Positions 51,084-59,585 of a stretch of 64,000 bases of DNA are shown here, piece after piece; within the stretch, counting starts at the first letter, position 1, and the number at the start of each line of letters is the position of its first letter. Below the pieces are notes generated by a model. That model was not told where the DNA came from and did no database searches. It saw only the letters and a list, made by a program, of their open reading frames with translations. The stretch lies in IMG/VR virus record IMGVR_UViG_3300031952_000008, positions 30,281 to 94,280 of that record, one strand, 5' to 3'. Source of the stretch: a virus. Both the position numbers and the translations under genes were made by a program.

Positions 51084-51400
51084 AATACCTTAAAACAGAA
51101 GGAGGATACCTTGTAGAAAGTGAGAGTAAAGAAGGAACTTTTTACAATGTAAGTTTGGATTTCAAATCCTGTACCTGTCCTGCTTTTAAATACTTCCTTC
51201 ATTGTAAAGGAATGTGTAAGCATATGAGTGCGGTTGCTAATAAGGAAAAGAAGGATTTAACTAAAGAAACAAAGGACATAACATTTACTGATGGTAGTGA
51301 AGCCTTTGAGTTTGTTGATAAATACGGAGAAGAGAAACTTAATTTCCTTAAAAAAATAGGAGAAGTTTATGAACAAAATGGTAAACTATTCAAGATGTAA
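51080..51400 (+). CDS. SWIM zinc-finger protein
   Basis: YNVSLDFKSCTCP...CKH. Confidence 0.8.
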   Translation: MKYLKTEGGYLVESESKEGTFYNVSLDFKSCTCPAFKYFLHCKGMCKHMSAVANKEKKDLTKETKDITFTDGSEAFEFVDKYGEEKLNFLKKIGEVYEQNGKLFKM

Positions 51401-51507
51401 GAGGAAAAATAAAGATAAAAATATTTTTTGTAAAGGATTTAAGAATGGATGTAATTGTATCCTCTGTTGGGATAGAGCAATAAAATCTATAAAACTAGGG
51501 TGATAAA

Positions 51508-51852
51508 ATGAAATTCGAGGAAGCATGGGATAAAATGATGAAAGGAAAGATAGCAATATATACACCGATGGATTGGAAGTATCGTATCCATAATTATAAA
51601 TTACAATTTCAAGAAGATGGTAGATGGATTAATGAATGGGTTAATGATAAGTTCGTTGATATGATAATGAATGGTAATTGGAAGATGGATAAAGAACCAT
51701 TATATAATAAATCTAATTGTAATGGTAGTTATGAAGAAGAAGATATTGTGGAAGCATTAAAGAAGTATTTTGATTGGGAAGACGATGGTAACCAAAAAGT
51801 TTCTCATAAAACCAAATATGATAAAAGGAAAGAAATATTTGGCTGGTCATAA
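51508..51852 (+). CDS. Hypothetical protein
   Basis: GGGTGA RBS; MKFEEA start. Confidence 0.6.
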   Translation: MKFEEAWDKMMKGKIAIYTPMDWKYRIHNYKLQFQEDGRWINEWVNDKFVDMIMNGNWKMDKEPLYNKSNCNGSYEEEDIVEALKKYFDWEDDGNQKVSHKTKYDKRKEIFGWS

Positions 51853-51859
51853 TCATTTA

Positions 51860-51935
51860 GGCAGAGAAGTTCAATAGAACAACCAAAATTATTGAACCTT
51901 TTGGGAGGTTGTCAGTTCAAATCTGACCTCTGCCT
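51860..51935 (+). tRNA. Atypical tRNA-like element, anticodon unclear
   Basis: Acceptor stem GGCAGAG/CTCTGCC and T-arm GTCAG-TTCAAAT-CTGAC are canonical. D-arm GTTC-AATA-GAAC has only a 4-nt loop; anticodon arm CCAAAA/TTTTGG has a 10-nt loop. Confidence 0.55.
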
Positions 51936-51945
51936 ACCCCTCACA

Positions 51946-52200
51946 ATCATACCTTATGGAAATGGCTGTGATAGCCAAGGGAAGTCCTCTGGTAGAGGGT
52001 GGATAAGGCGTTCAATTCGCTATTTCGCTTCCTTATCACAATTCATAAGGTATGATATTTATAATCATATCCCTACGAAAGGGAATGGCGAATTAATCGG
52101 TATCTTCTAATAAAGATAACTGAAATATGTTGAATTGTGGACTGGAATACGCCACCTACCGATATTATCACCCCGTAATAGGGATATGATAACTCATATT
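51946..52200 (+). ncRNA. Putative structured non-coding RNA or leader upstream of the Ubl gene
   Basis: Nested inverted repeats: ATCATACCTTATG/CATAAGGTATGAT, TGTGAT/ATCACA, CCTCT/AGAGG, TCCCT/AGGGA, ATCGGTA/TACCGAT, TTATCA/TGATAA. Confidence 0.5.
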
Positions 52201-52265
52201 TACCCCAAGACTCAGTGGGTTTTAAGAAGGAGTCAATAGTAAAGTATTATTGGAGGTGGCTTAAT

Positions 52266-52580
52266 ATGCCTACTAAGAGACAGATTGCCGCACGAAAGGC
52301 TGTGGCTACAAGGAGAGCAAGAGCAGGTGTTGAAGCACCAGCAAGAGCAACAGGTGGAGCAATAGAAGTGAAGTATGGAAGGATGGGAATCAACGGTGTT
52401 AAAACCGCTTTGGTCGCTCCTGGCACAACTCACGAGGCTGCACTTAAACAAGCAGGAGTTGAACTAAACCCTGCTAAAGAGGGCATCCAAGACAAGAAGA
52501 CAGGAAACACGGTGATGTTTGCTGATGTTGTCGTGGAAGGCACATATATTGTGGCCCAAGGTATCAATTCAAGTATGTAA
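52266..52580 (+). CDS. Ubiquitin-like (beta-grasp) protein with basic N-terminal leader
   Basis: GGAGGTGG RBS before ATG 52266. IEVKYGRMG..VKTALVAPGTTHEAALKQAGVEL...ADVVVEG.YIV fits a ThiS/MoaD/Ubl beta-grasp pattern; first gene of the E2/JAB/E1 cluster. Confidence 0.65.
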   Translation: MPTKRQIAARKAVATRRARAGVEAPARATGGAIEVKYGRMGINGVKTALVAPGTTHEAALKQAGVELNPAKEGIQDKKTGNTVMFADVVVEGTYIVAQGINSSM

Positions 52581-52654
52581 ATTGAACCTAAAAGTTTTTT
52601 AAGGCATTTTTTTGTTTTTTGCCTAACATTTTTTAACCAATGAGGTGAGAAACT

Positions 52655-54139
52655 ATGATGAAATTAAAGGTTGATGAAAAGAACATTTTCCTATTCAATA
52701 AGTTATTGAAGTTAGGAAAGAAGAAAGATGATAATACGGTTGTAATTTCTACTCCTTTTAAGATAACAATAGAAGGAATAATGAAGGATGATAATATTGT
52801 AGAAATTCAGATAACTGCGGCAACAAAGCCAGGAGAGAAGTTCGTCCAAGATATGTTGGATAATTTAAGTTTTGTAACCGCTAAGGATATTGAAAAGACT
52901 GGGTTAACTTTGGATAATCTTAAGACAGCAGAGTATGACATGGTTTATTATGACCGAACCGAATTTCTTAGGAGAAAAGATTTGATTACCAAATTGGCTC
53001 CTGGGGTAGAATTCAATAAAGCTCTTACTGAGGGGTTCATTTATGATGAGATAACCATGAGTTTTAACCCAAAAATCAACAAAGTCTTCGGTGATGAGAA
53101 GGATACCGAGATACAAACAGAGTGGGATAAGGATAAACGAATGGTTTATTTACCAATTAACGATACTTCCGCAGATAAGAACGTGGTTGATACAAAAAAC
53201 AATATTATAGGAAAGTATTACAGAAATAGGAACACTATTGTATTAATGGTTAATCCCTTTAAGAACACGGATGAAGTAGTTAATGCCATAATAACAGGGT
53301 TAAGTGCTTTTGAAGTTAAGAAGGAAGACACGGAAAAGTTCAAGATGATTAATCTGGCTAAAACATTTACTAAGGACATATCAGTAAGATTAGCCGATAA
53401 AGAAAAACGAAAAACTAATATGGAGAAAGAGGTTAAAGATTACCAACAAGCAATAATGGATAAGTTTACAACTATCCAAATGGATAGTGAGGAAATAATT
53501 GCTTTAAAAAATATGAAGGATAACTTCAAGGAATCTTTCTTTAAAGAACTTAAAGCCACTAAAGAATTACAATTTATTAAAGATGTGGGATTTACACCAA
53601 CCGAAGTTCTTTTAACTTACAAACCTACTTGTATTACTGAACCTAATTTTATAAGGACAAGTAAAGAGTATGGTAAAAGAAGTATGTATGTTGGGGAGGT
53701 AATCATTAAAGTAGGAGCCGGACAAATTAAGATAGGTAATACTTTGGATTTAGAAATTTATAAAACACAAAACGACCCAAGTTCAGGAGTTGCTTATAAG
53801 TTTCCTCACCCACACGCTCACGATAATGGAGAATGTTGTTTAGGAAAAGAAGCAACCAAGGACACCATTTATATGCTAAAGAGTCAACTTAAATTCTCCG
53901 ATTTGGCAATTTATCTTTGTATGTTCGTTAGAAACTTTGGAACAGATGGTGGATTTATGGGTAAGCATAATTTGTATGATTTCTGTTTAATGAATGGCTA
54001 CCCAGTTTTTGATGAAAAAGGAAAACAAATATACATTAATGACCCTGAAAAAATAAAGAGTGGAGAACAAGTAGAAATGAAGAAGGCAAAGAACTGGGAA
54101 GAGAATGTTGCTAAATTTAAAGACTTTAAACCAAACTGA
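52655..54139 (+). CDS. E2-like conjugating enzyme with long N-terminal and coiled-coil extension
   Basis: C-terminal FPHPHAHDNGECCLG matches the E2 HP(H/N)-x-G-x-C-L motif; adjacent to the Ubl gene. Confidence 0.65.
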   Translation: MMKLKVDEKNIFLFNKLLKLGKKKDDNTVVISTPFKITIEGIMKDDNIVEIQITAATKPGEKFVQDMLDNLSFVTAKDIEKTGLTLDNLKTAEYDMVYYDRTEFLRRKDLITKLAPGVEFNKALTEGFIYDEITMSFNPKINKVFGDEKDTEIQTEWDKDKRMVYLPINDTSADKNVVDTKNNIIGKYYRNRNTIVLMVNPFKNTDEVVNAIITGLSAFEVKKEDTEKFKMINLAKTFTKDISVRLADKEKRKTNMEKEVKDYQQAIMDKFTTIQMDSEEIIALKNMKDNFKESFFKELKATKELQFIKDVGFTPTEVLLTYKPTCITEPNFIRTSKEYGKRSMYVGEVIIKVGAGQIKIGNTLDLEIYKTQNDPSSGVAYKFPHPHAHDNGECCLGKEATKDTIYMLKSQLKFSDLAIYLCMFVRNFGTDGGFMGKHNLYDFCLMNGYPVFDEKGKQIYINDPEKIKSGEQVEMKKAKNWEENVAKFKDFKPN

Positions 54140-54165
54140 TTATCGCCAGTTAAAAGGTGAATAGT

Positions 54166-54423
54166 ATGAAATACACGGACATAAAAGAAGGTATGTTAAT
54201 CAAATTGGTTAATGTAGGTTGTGAAGAGGATGATGAAGCATATACTGGTGCCTATGAAGGAGAGATTTTTAAGGTAGGAAAAATAAATAATAACTATGCC
54301 AATATTACAAGAGTTAGTGATGGTTGGGATAATTATTGTATTCCTGGCGAACCAGCAACTTATTGTGAGTGTTGGGAGCCAGTAATTGTTAAACCTAAAA
54401 CGTTAATGGAGTTGAAATTTTGA
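54166..54423 (+). CDS. LMDL-tail family protein 7
   Basis: IKEGMLIKL; ends PKTLMELKF. Confidence 0.72.
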   Translation: MKYTDIKEGMLIKLVNVGCEEDDEAYTGAYEGEIFKVGKINNNYANITRVSDGWDNYCIPGEPATYCECWEPVIVKPKTLMELKF

Positions 54424-54683
54424 AACTAGAAGATATTAAACCCGGAATGAAAATAAGATTAGTAACCCAAGAAGTAGGAGGTCATAAAGATTATTATAAT
54501 TATGATTGGAAAATTGGTGATATAATGCAGGTATTAGATATTGGGTTAACTTTATATAATCTTAGAACAAAACAAAAAAATTATTGTATACCAGAAGTTC
54601 GTATTCCTTGTATGGCAAACGAACATTATTATTCCGAGTTTTTTGAACCATTAAAAAAGACGCTTATGGACTTGAAAATATGA
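54420..54683 (+). CDS. LMDL-tail family protein 8
   Basis: IKPGMKIRL; ends KKTLMDLKI. Confidence 0.72.
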   Translation: MKLEDIKPGMKIRLVTQEVGGHKDYYNYDWKIGDIMQVLDIGLTLYNLRTKQKNYCIPEVRIPCMANEHYYSEFFEPLKKTLMDLKI

Positions 54684-54910
54684 AATGGGAAGATATTAAA
54701 ATAGGTATGTTAATAAAACTTATTGATAACCCAGCCAATTTTTATATAGGTTGTAATATTGGTGATATTTTTAAGGTAAAAAGAATGATGGACGCTCCTG
54801 ATTGGTATATTATTGAAGGCGTAAATAATGATGGAGTAAAAGGTTTAGGTAAAGATTATCTTAAATTTTGGGATTATTGTAATAGGAATCTTATGGATTT
54901 AAAAATATAA
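54680..54910 (+). CDS. LMDL-tail family protein 9
   Basis: IKIGMLIKL; ends RNLMDLKI. Confidence 0.72.
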   Translation: MKWEDIKIGMLIKLIDNPANFYIGCNIGDIFKVKRMMDAPDWYIIEGVNNDGVKGLGKDYLKFWDYCNRNLMDLKI

Positions 54911-54967
54911 AATATGACCAAAAGGGAAGAAGAATATGGAATAGAATAGTAAAGGAGGAGGAAAAAC

Positions 54968-56089
54968 ATGACCAAGTATCGTGGAACTATCGTTTTGAAA
55001 AAGAAGCCATATAAGATAATAGAATGGCTAACAATGAACTTTGATAAGGAAATAGGTGCCATTGGAATAGGGCAAGTAGAAGATGGTATCTTGTATGTTG
55101 AGAAACTATTCTTCCCAAAACAAGAAGTTACAGCCGCCCATATTCACATAGACCCTGCTGGATTCGGGGACATAATTAGAGAACTGAGCATGGAAGACCT
55201 TGGTAGAATTAATTTTTACTGGCATAAACATCCTGATGGATATGCTGGACATAGTGGAGGAGATGAAGAGGAAACCATTGATGTATTCATGGATGAAAGT
55301 TATGGTAGGAAAATCATGGGATTTCTTGTAACTTCTAATTACAGCGGAACTATGAAACAGGATTGTCGAATTGAAATTAGAGACCCAGTTTGGGCAAGTA
55401 TAGAAAGTCAAGCAATTTCTGAGGAAGACACGGCTGTAGAGGAAGAGTGTAGAAAAATTCTTGAAAAATGTATCATTAAACCAGTAGAAAGAAAGGAAAC
55501 TCCAGAATTTGCTAAGTGGAAAGATAAATTATTACAAACAGGTCATAATTGTACTAGAACAGACCAAGGGCTCTTAAGAGATTGTGGAATAGATAGGACA
55601 CTTAATTACAACAATACCTGTGGAGAAACTGGCGACCTTAAATTATCTGATATGATTGGAAATATGGTCAGGAACAAGAAGAAACTTACCAGGTTTGTTA
55701 GTAAAGATGAGGACTTGAATGAGGAAATAGAAATATTAGTAGGAAATGGTATGGGCTTTGTGGTTGCTTACGCTAAATACCAACCTATTCTTGCTGATTT
55801 CTTCAAGGATGCTATGGATTTGTTTAGTGATATTGTAACCGTAGAAAAAGATGGTTTAGTTAAATACAATTTAGTTCCTAAGGCTAAAATGTATGATAAA
55901 ATGAAGGAAGAACTTAAGAAATTATATTCCTTAATAGACCAGGAAAAGAAAAGATTAAAAACGGATGAGATAGTAGCAGGAGCCAAAGTAGAAACTCCAG
56001 CACCAAAATCGGATAAAGATATTGTAATGAAAGGCTATCCTGATATGACTGGTATGACTAAAGGACAACGTGACTTTTATTTCGGATGA
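54968..56089 (+). CDS. JAB/JAMM metallo-isopeptidase with C-terminal extension
   Basis: E(IG)...WHKHPDGYAGHSGGD fits E-xn-H-x-H-x7-S-x2-D exactly. Confidence 0.88.
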   Translation: MTKYRGTIVLKKKPYKIIEWLTMNFDKEIGAIGIGQVEDGILYVEKLFFPKQEVTAAHIHIDPAGFGDIIRELSMEDLGRINFYWHKHPDGYAGHSGGDEEETIDVFMDESYGRKIMGFLVTSNYSGTMKQDCRIEIRDPVWASIESQAISEEDTAVEEECRKILEKCIIKPVERKETPEFAKWKDKLLQTGHNCTRTDQGLLRDCGIDRTLNYNNTCGETGDLKLSDMIGNMVRNKKKLTRFVSKDEDLNEEIEILVGNGMGFVVAYAKYQPILADFFKDAMDLFSDIVTVEKDGLVKYNLVPKAKMYDKMKEELKKLYSLIDQEKKRLKTDEIVAGAKVETPAPKSDKDIVMKGYPDMTGMTKGQRDFYFG

Positions 56090-56164
56090 AATAATTATAT
56101 TTATAATTATTTAAGGGAATTAGAGGTGAAAGAGAGGTGATAGATATTTTCAAGGTGAATCTCT

Positions 56165-56281
56165 ATGGATAAAGAGGAAAAGTATGTTTGTGAGGATTGT
56201 GGTAATTGGTTTTTTAGGCATACTTTTATTGAAAGATGTCCTTATTGTTATTCGGAAAATATTGTTAAGGTGAAATTATGA
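56165..56281 (+). CDS. 38-aa zinc ribbon
   Basis: YVCEDCG...CPYCYS; AAGGTGA RBS. Confidence 0.6.
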   Translation: MDKEEKYVCEDCGNWFFRHTFIERCPYCYSENIVKVKL

Positions 56282-56448
56282 GTATGTTTAAAAAATTTGC
56301 TTCAGGTAGAGCTACCTGTAAGAAATGTAACACCAAAATCGAAAAAGGAGAAACAGATATTGGTTACAAAAGCATAGCGGGCCCTCGAAGTGAGGAAAGA
56401 CATTACCATTTAAAATGTATTCTTAGTATGCCAATACAGGAGAAATAA
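56278..56448 (+). CDS. Stand-alone PARP-type zinc finger (56 aa)
   Basis: Not in the track. ASGRATCKKCNTKIEKGE...HYHLKC matches the zf-PARP pattern. Confidence 0.7.
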   Translation: MSMFKKFASGRATCKKCNTKIEKGETDIGYKSIAGPRSEERHYHLKCILSMPIQEK

Positions 56449-56450
56449 TT

Positions 56451-56705
56451 ATGAAACTATCCGATTTTAAAGAAGGTATGAAAGTAAGATTTGCTAAAAA
56501 CTTCGGTCCCAAACACCAAGATTATACTTTTAAAATAGGAGATATAATAGAAATAACAAGGATAGGTATGGGTTCAATATCTCTTTTTAACCCAAGAACT
56601 AAGGAAGACCAATATGGTATTCCTTTAAATCATAAAGATACTAATGAATTTTTAAACCAGTTTGAACCGATTAGAACTTGTTTAATGGATTTAACGATGA
56701 GGTGA
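56451..56705 (+). CDS. LMDL-tail family protein 10
   Basis: FKEGMKVRF; ends TCLMDLTMR. Confidence 0.72.
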   Translation: MKLSDFKEGMKVRFAKNFGPKHQDYTFKIGDIIEITRIGMGSISLFNPRTKEDQYGIPLNHKDTNEFLNQFEPIRTCLMDLTMR

Positions 56706-56710
56706 AAATA

Positions 56711-56920
56711 ATGAATTGTATTATTGATGGTTGGAAACATAGATTTGATGCTTTAGGTAAATGTATCCTTTGCGATAAACAATTTTGTTGTGTTAGTAAG
56801 CATCATGGATTGGCGGCTTGTGAGGTAGTTTCAGAGAACGGCTCCACTATTGATTTTGTTTGTCCGGAATGTTTAAAAAGGTATAAAAAACGAGGTTGGA
56901 AAGTGAAAAAATGGATATGA
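56711..56920 (+). CDS. Cys/His-rich zinc finger (PHD/RING-like spacing)
   Basis: CILC..FCC...HH...C...FVCPEC. Confidence 0.5.
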   Translation: MNCIIDGWKHRFDALGKCILCDKQFCCVSKHHGLAACEVVSENGSTIDFVCPECLKRYKKRGWKVKKWI

Positions 56921-57085
56921 ATTATCATTGTATTGGTAGATTTAAAAGTAGAGAAGAATGTTTAAGAAGATTACAACCTTTTAAAGAAAAAGGTTTTGAA
57001 ATAAAAACGGTTTTGCGTGGTAAAAGATATAACCCAAATAAATTATATGCGGCTGTTTATATAACTAAATAATGAGGTGAAAAAC

Positions 57086-57850
57086 ATGGCTTTGAATTTA
57101 AGCAAACAGGCACTTCTTATTGATGATGCCAAAGTAAAAAAATATACGGTACATATATTTGGATTGGGTAGCATAGGTAGTCATTTGGGTAGAGCACTTT
57201 GTAAAACGGGTTTCGTTAATATAGTAGGTTATGATTTTGATACCGTTGACGAAGATAATATTCCTGCCCAAGCGTTCAGTCCTAAACATATTGGTATGAA
57301 AAAGACCGAAGCGTTTAAACAAATGTTAATAGAGGAGACAGGGATAGAACCAATAGTTTATGATGGTAAAGTTGATGAAAAGACCGAGATTAAAATAGAG
57401 GCTAATTCTATATACTTTGTGGCTTTTGATAGTATCCCTGCTAGAAAACTTGTTTGGGATAAAGTAAAGAACTTCCCAGTTCCTTATGGAGAGACTAGGA
57501 TTGGAATGTTTGATTATCGTTTCTATTTTGTAGTGCCAGGGAAGACTCCTATGGATTGGAAGTTCGGGTATGAGAAATTACTTGACCCTAATCAACCAAT
57601 GACCGAACTTAAATGTGGAGAGAAATGTAGTTTCGGTCCCAACACTTACTTGGTATCCTTAGTATTAAGGCAGATGCTTAACATAATAGAGGAGAAAGAC
57701 CTTATATATTCTTACATAGGTAATTGGCTTACTCCAGATAACATAATTATTAAATCAACTTGGTTAGATAAACAACAGGAAGAAGAAAAAGAAGAAGTTG
57801 AACTATCCGAGTTTGAGAAAGACCTCAAAATCGTTGAGGAAATTATTTAG
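57086..57850 (+). CDS. E1-like ThiF/MoeB adenylyltransferase
   Basis: GLGSIGS, DFDTVDEDNI, IGMKKTEA, FDSIPAR and ETRIG; candidate catalytic Cys in ELKCGEKC. Confidence 0.9.
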   Translation: MALNLSKQALLIDDAKVKKYTVHIFGLGSIGSHLGRALCKTGFVNIVGYDFDTVDEDNIPAQAFSPKHIGMKKTEAFKQMLIEETGIEPIVYDGKVDEKTEIKIEANSIYFVAFDSIPARKLVWDKVKNFPVPYGETRIGMFDYRFYFVVPGKTPMDWKFGYEKLLDPNQPMTELKCGEKCSFGPNTYLVSLVLRQMLNIIEEKDLIYSYIGNWLTPDNIIIKSTWLDKQQEEEKEEVELSEFEKDLKIVEEII

Positions 57851-57876
57851 GCTGGTCGCATTAACGCCAGTTAGAG

Positions 57877-58146
57877 GTGATTAGTATGACAGATATTGAC
57901 CCAGAAGATGATTGGCCATATGATGCCATAGAATTAAGAATAGGAGAGTTTATAGAGTTTGATGATGGTCTAATAGGAGAAATCATAGAGGTAGATGTAG
58001 AGTTTAATAATGTATTAGTTAGATTACCAGAACAATATTTGGATTTCAACACAGACCCTACAACAGAAGATATAGAAGATATGGTAGAAAATGGTTTTTG
58101 GAGTGCTGATGTTAAAATGATAAGGAACATGGTGGAGTATGTATAA
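57877..58146 (+). CDS. Acidic KOW/SH3-like protein without an LMDL tail
   Basis: LRIGEFIEF...GEIIEV; very Asp/Glu-rich. Confidence 0.6.
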   Translation: MISMTDIDPEDDWPYDAIELRIGEFIEFDDGLIGEIIEVDVEFNNVLVRLPEQYLDFNTDPTTEDIEDMVENGFWSADVKMIRNMVEYV

Positions 58147-58383
58147 ATTCAAAGTAGGAGAGACTTGGTAGAATTTATAGATGACGCACTTCCTGATGTA
58201 TTATTAAAAGGAAAAATAGTAATGGATGCCAAAGATAAAACATTTTATTTAGAAATTCTTTATCCTAAAGGATTTGGTTGGACTGGTTCCGGATTTAAAA
58301 ATGATAATGGTAATAAATATTGGTGTGTAAGTAAAAGAAGGCTTAGATTAACAAAGAAAAACCTTATGGACTTGGTAATATGA
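58139..58383 (+). CDS. LMDL-tail family protein 11, with a 2-nt frameshift near the 5' end
   Basis: ATG 58139 gives MYKFKVG. Removing one GA from GGAGAGAC restores FKVGDLVEF; ends KNLMDLVI. Confidence 0.6.
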
Positions 58384-58943
58384 GCAAACAATTCAATTAT
58401 AGCAGGGCAAGAACCATCAATAAAAAGGATGTTAATTCCGAATATATTGAAATAATCAAGGATTTGGATTGTAAAGAAGGTAACCACCTAATTTTAGATA
58501 GCCGTTTCAAAAATACTACTAAGGCTCTTAATTCAATAAAGATACCTATACGAAACATTTATATTCCTAATCCATACGAAAAAGTGGATGCTCCAAATTG
58601 GTCTAACCAGTTTGTGGGCGACTTCTTAAATTCTTGGACGGGTGGAGCGTTCCGGACGGTATACTTAGACTATTGTTGTACCCTTGAAGGAAATGCGGAA
58701 ACTCGTCCGAGATTTGATATTCAAAAGTTAATGGAAAAACGATTGGTAAATGGAGTATTAGGAATTGAACTGAATAGGAGAGACCCAAGAAAAAGTGGAG
58801 GAGTTCGTAGTTGGGGTGACATTTGTGACCTTATTAATTACGTTGAAAACCTTGCCTATGAAAACCATTACACTTATCAAGTAATAGATGGATGGACATA
58901 CGGACAAATGTTCGTGGTGTTCTTCAATTTGGTGAAAGGATGA
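58380..58943 (+). CDS. Hypothetical, possibly a divergent methyltransferase fold
   Basis: FRTVYLDYC resembles a motif-IV-like segment; weak. Confidence 0.4.
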   Translation: MSKQFNYSRARTINKKDVNSEYIEIIKDLDCKEGNHLILDSRFKNTTKALNSIKIPIRNIYIPNPYEKVDAPNWSNQFVGDFLNSWTGGAFRTVYLDYCCTLEGNAETRPRFDIQKLMEKRLVNGVLGIELNRRDPRKSGGVRSWGDICDLINYVENLAYENHYTYQVIDGWTYGQMFVVFFNLVKG

Positions 58944-59197
58944 TTAAAGAATTTAAATCAGGAAAATGGTATAGACTTAACCCGCAAGGAGTAAAATACG
59001 TTAGTTGGAATAATAAAGGCGATATGAATTTCCTTAAAGATTTTAAATATCATCAATGTAATAGAGGACATGATTATTTTGCCTCTTTTTATGATTGTAA
59101 AATTCCTAGTTATGGTTGGAGTTTTAATAACTCCTTAGAGTTCTTTGATGAAAGAGATAATGGTAAGATGAACCTTATGGATTTGGTGATAAAATGA
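58940..59197 (+). CDS. LMDL-tail family protein 12
   Basis: FKSGKWYRL; ends MNLMDLVIK. Confidence 0.72.
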   Translation: MIKEFKSGKWYRLNPQGVKYVSWNNKGDMNFLKDFKYHQCNRGHDYFASFYDCKIPSYGWSFNNSLEFFDERDNGKMNLMDLVIK

Positions 59198-59451
59198 CTA
59201 AAAAAGATTTAAAAATAGGTGATAAAGTAAGATTTAAATACGAAGGGCTTGACTCCATAGGAACTATTTTCAAAGATAGAGGAACTAATTATTATTTAAT
59301 TAAATTATTACCTGAACATGAAAAAGATGGTGGCTGGCCCGAAAAAGATGGAAGAATAGAAAATAACCTACCTATTGGTAAATATTGGAATGTTCCTGGA
59401 AGACATATTGAATCATTAGTTCCTAAATCATTGATGGACTTAGTATTATAA
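59194..59451 (+). CDS. LMDL-tail family protein 13
   Basis: LKIGDKVRF; ends PKSLMDLVL. Confidence 0.72.
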   Translation: MTKKDLKIGDKVRFKYEGLDSIGTIFKDRGTNYYLIKLLPEHEKDGGWPEKDGRIENNLPIGKYWNVPGRHIESLVPKSLMDLVL

Positions 59452-59575
59452 TCATTCGCCTTTAAAAAGACGGTGATGGCATTTCGGTCATTTTGGCCGT
59501 TAAAAATGACCACTAAGGGTGCTGGGTTGAGTAACACGCCTATAGAACTTAACCCAGATACTCAATACTTATCAT
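59452..59575 (+). ncRNA. Intergenic multi-hairpin element
   Basis: GGTCATTTT/AAAATGACC, CTGGGTTGAGT/ACTTAACCCAG, plus a weaker 5' stem. Confidence 0.4.
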
Positions 59576-59585
59576 AGGTGTTATT

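Noticed and set aside
51958-52030. A second tRNA suggested by GCG-TTCAATT-CGC
   Set aside because: No proper acceptor stem or cloverleaf could be built; kept only as part of the structured RNA region.
57086-57850. ThiF as a thiamine or molybdopterin biosynthesis gene
   Set aside because: No ThiG, MoaE or sulfurtransferase nearby; the neighbours are E2-like and JAB genes.
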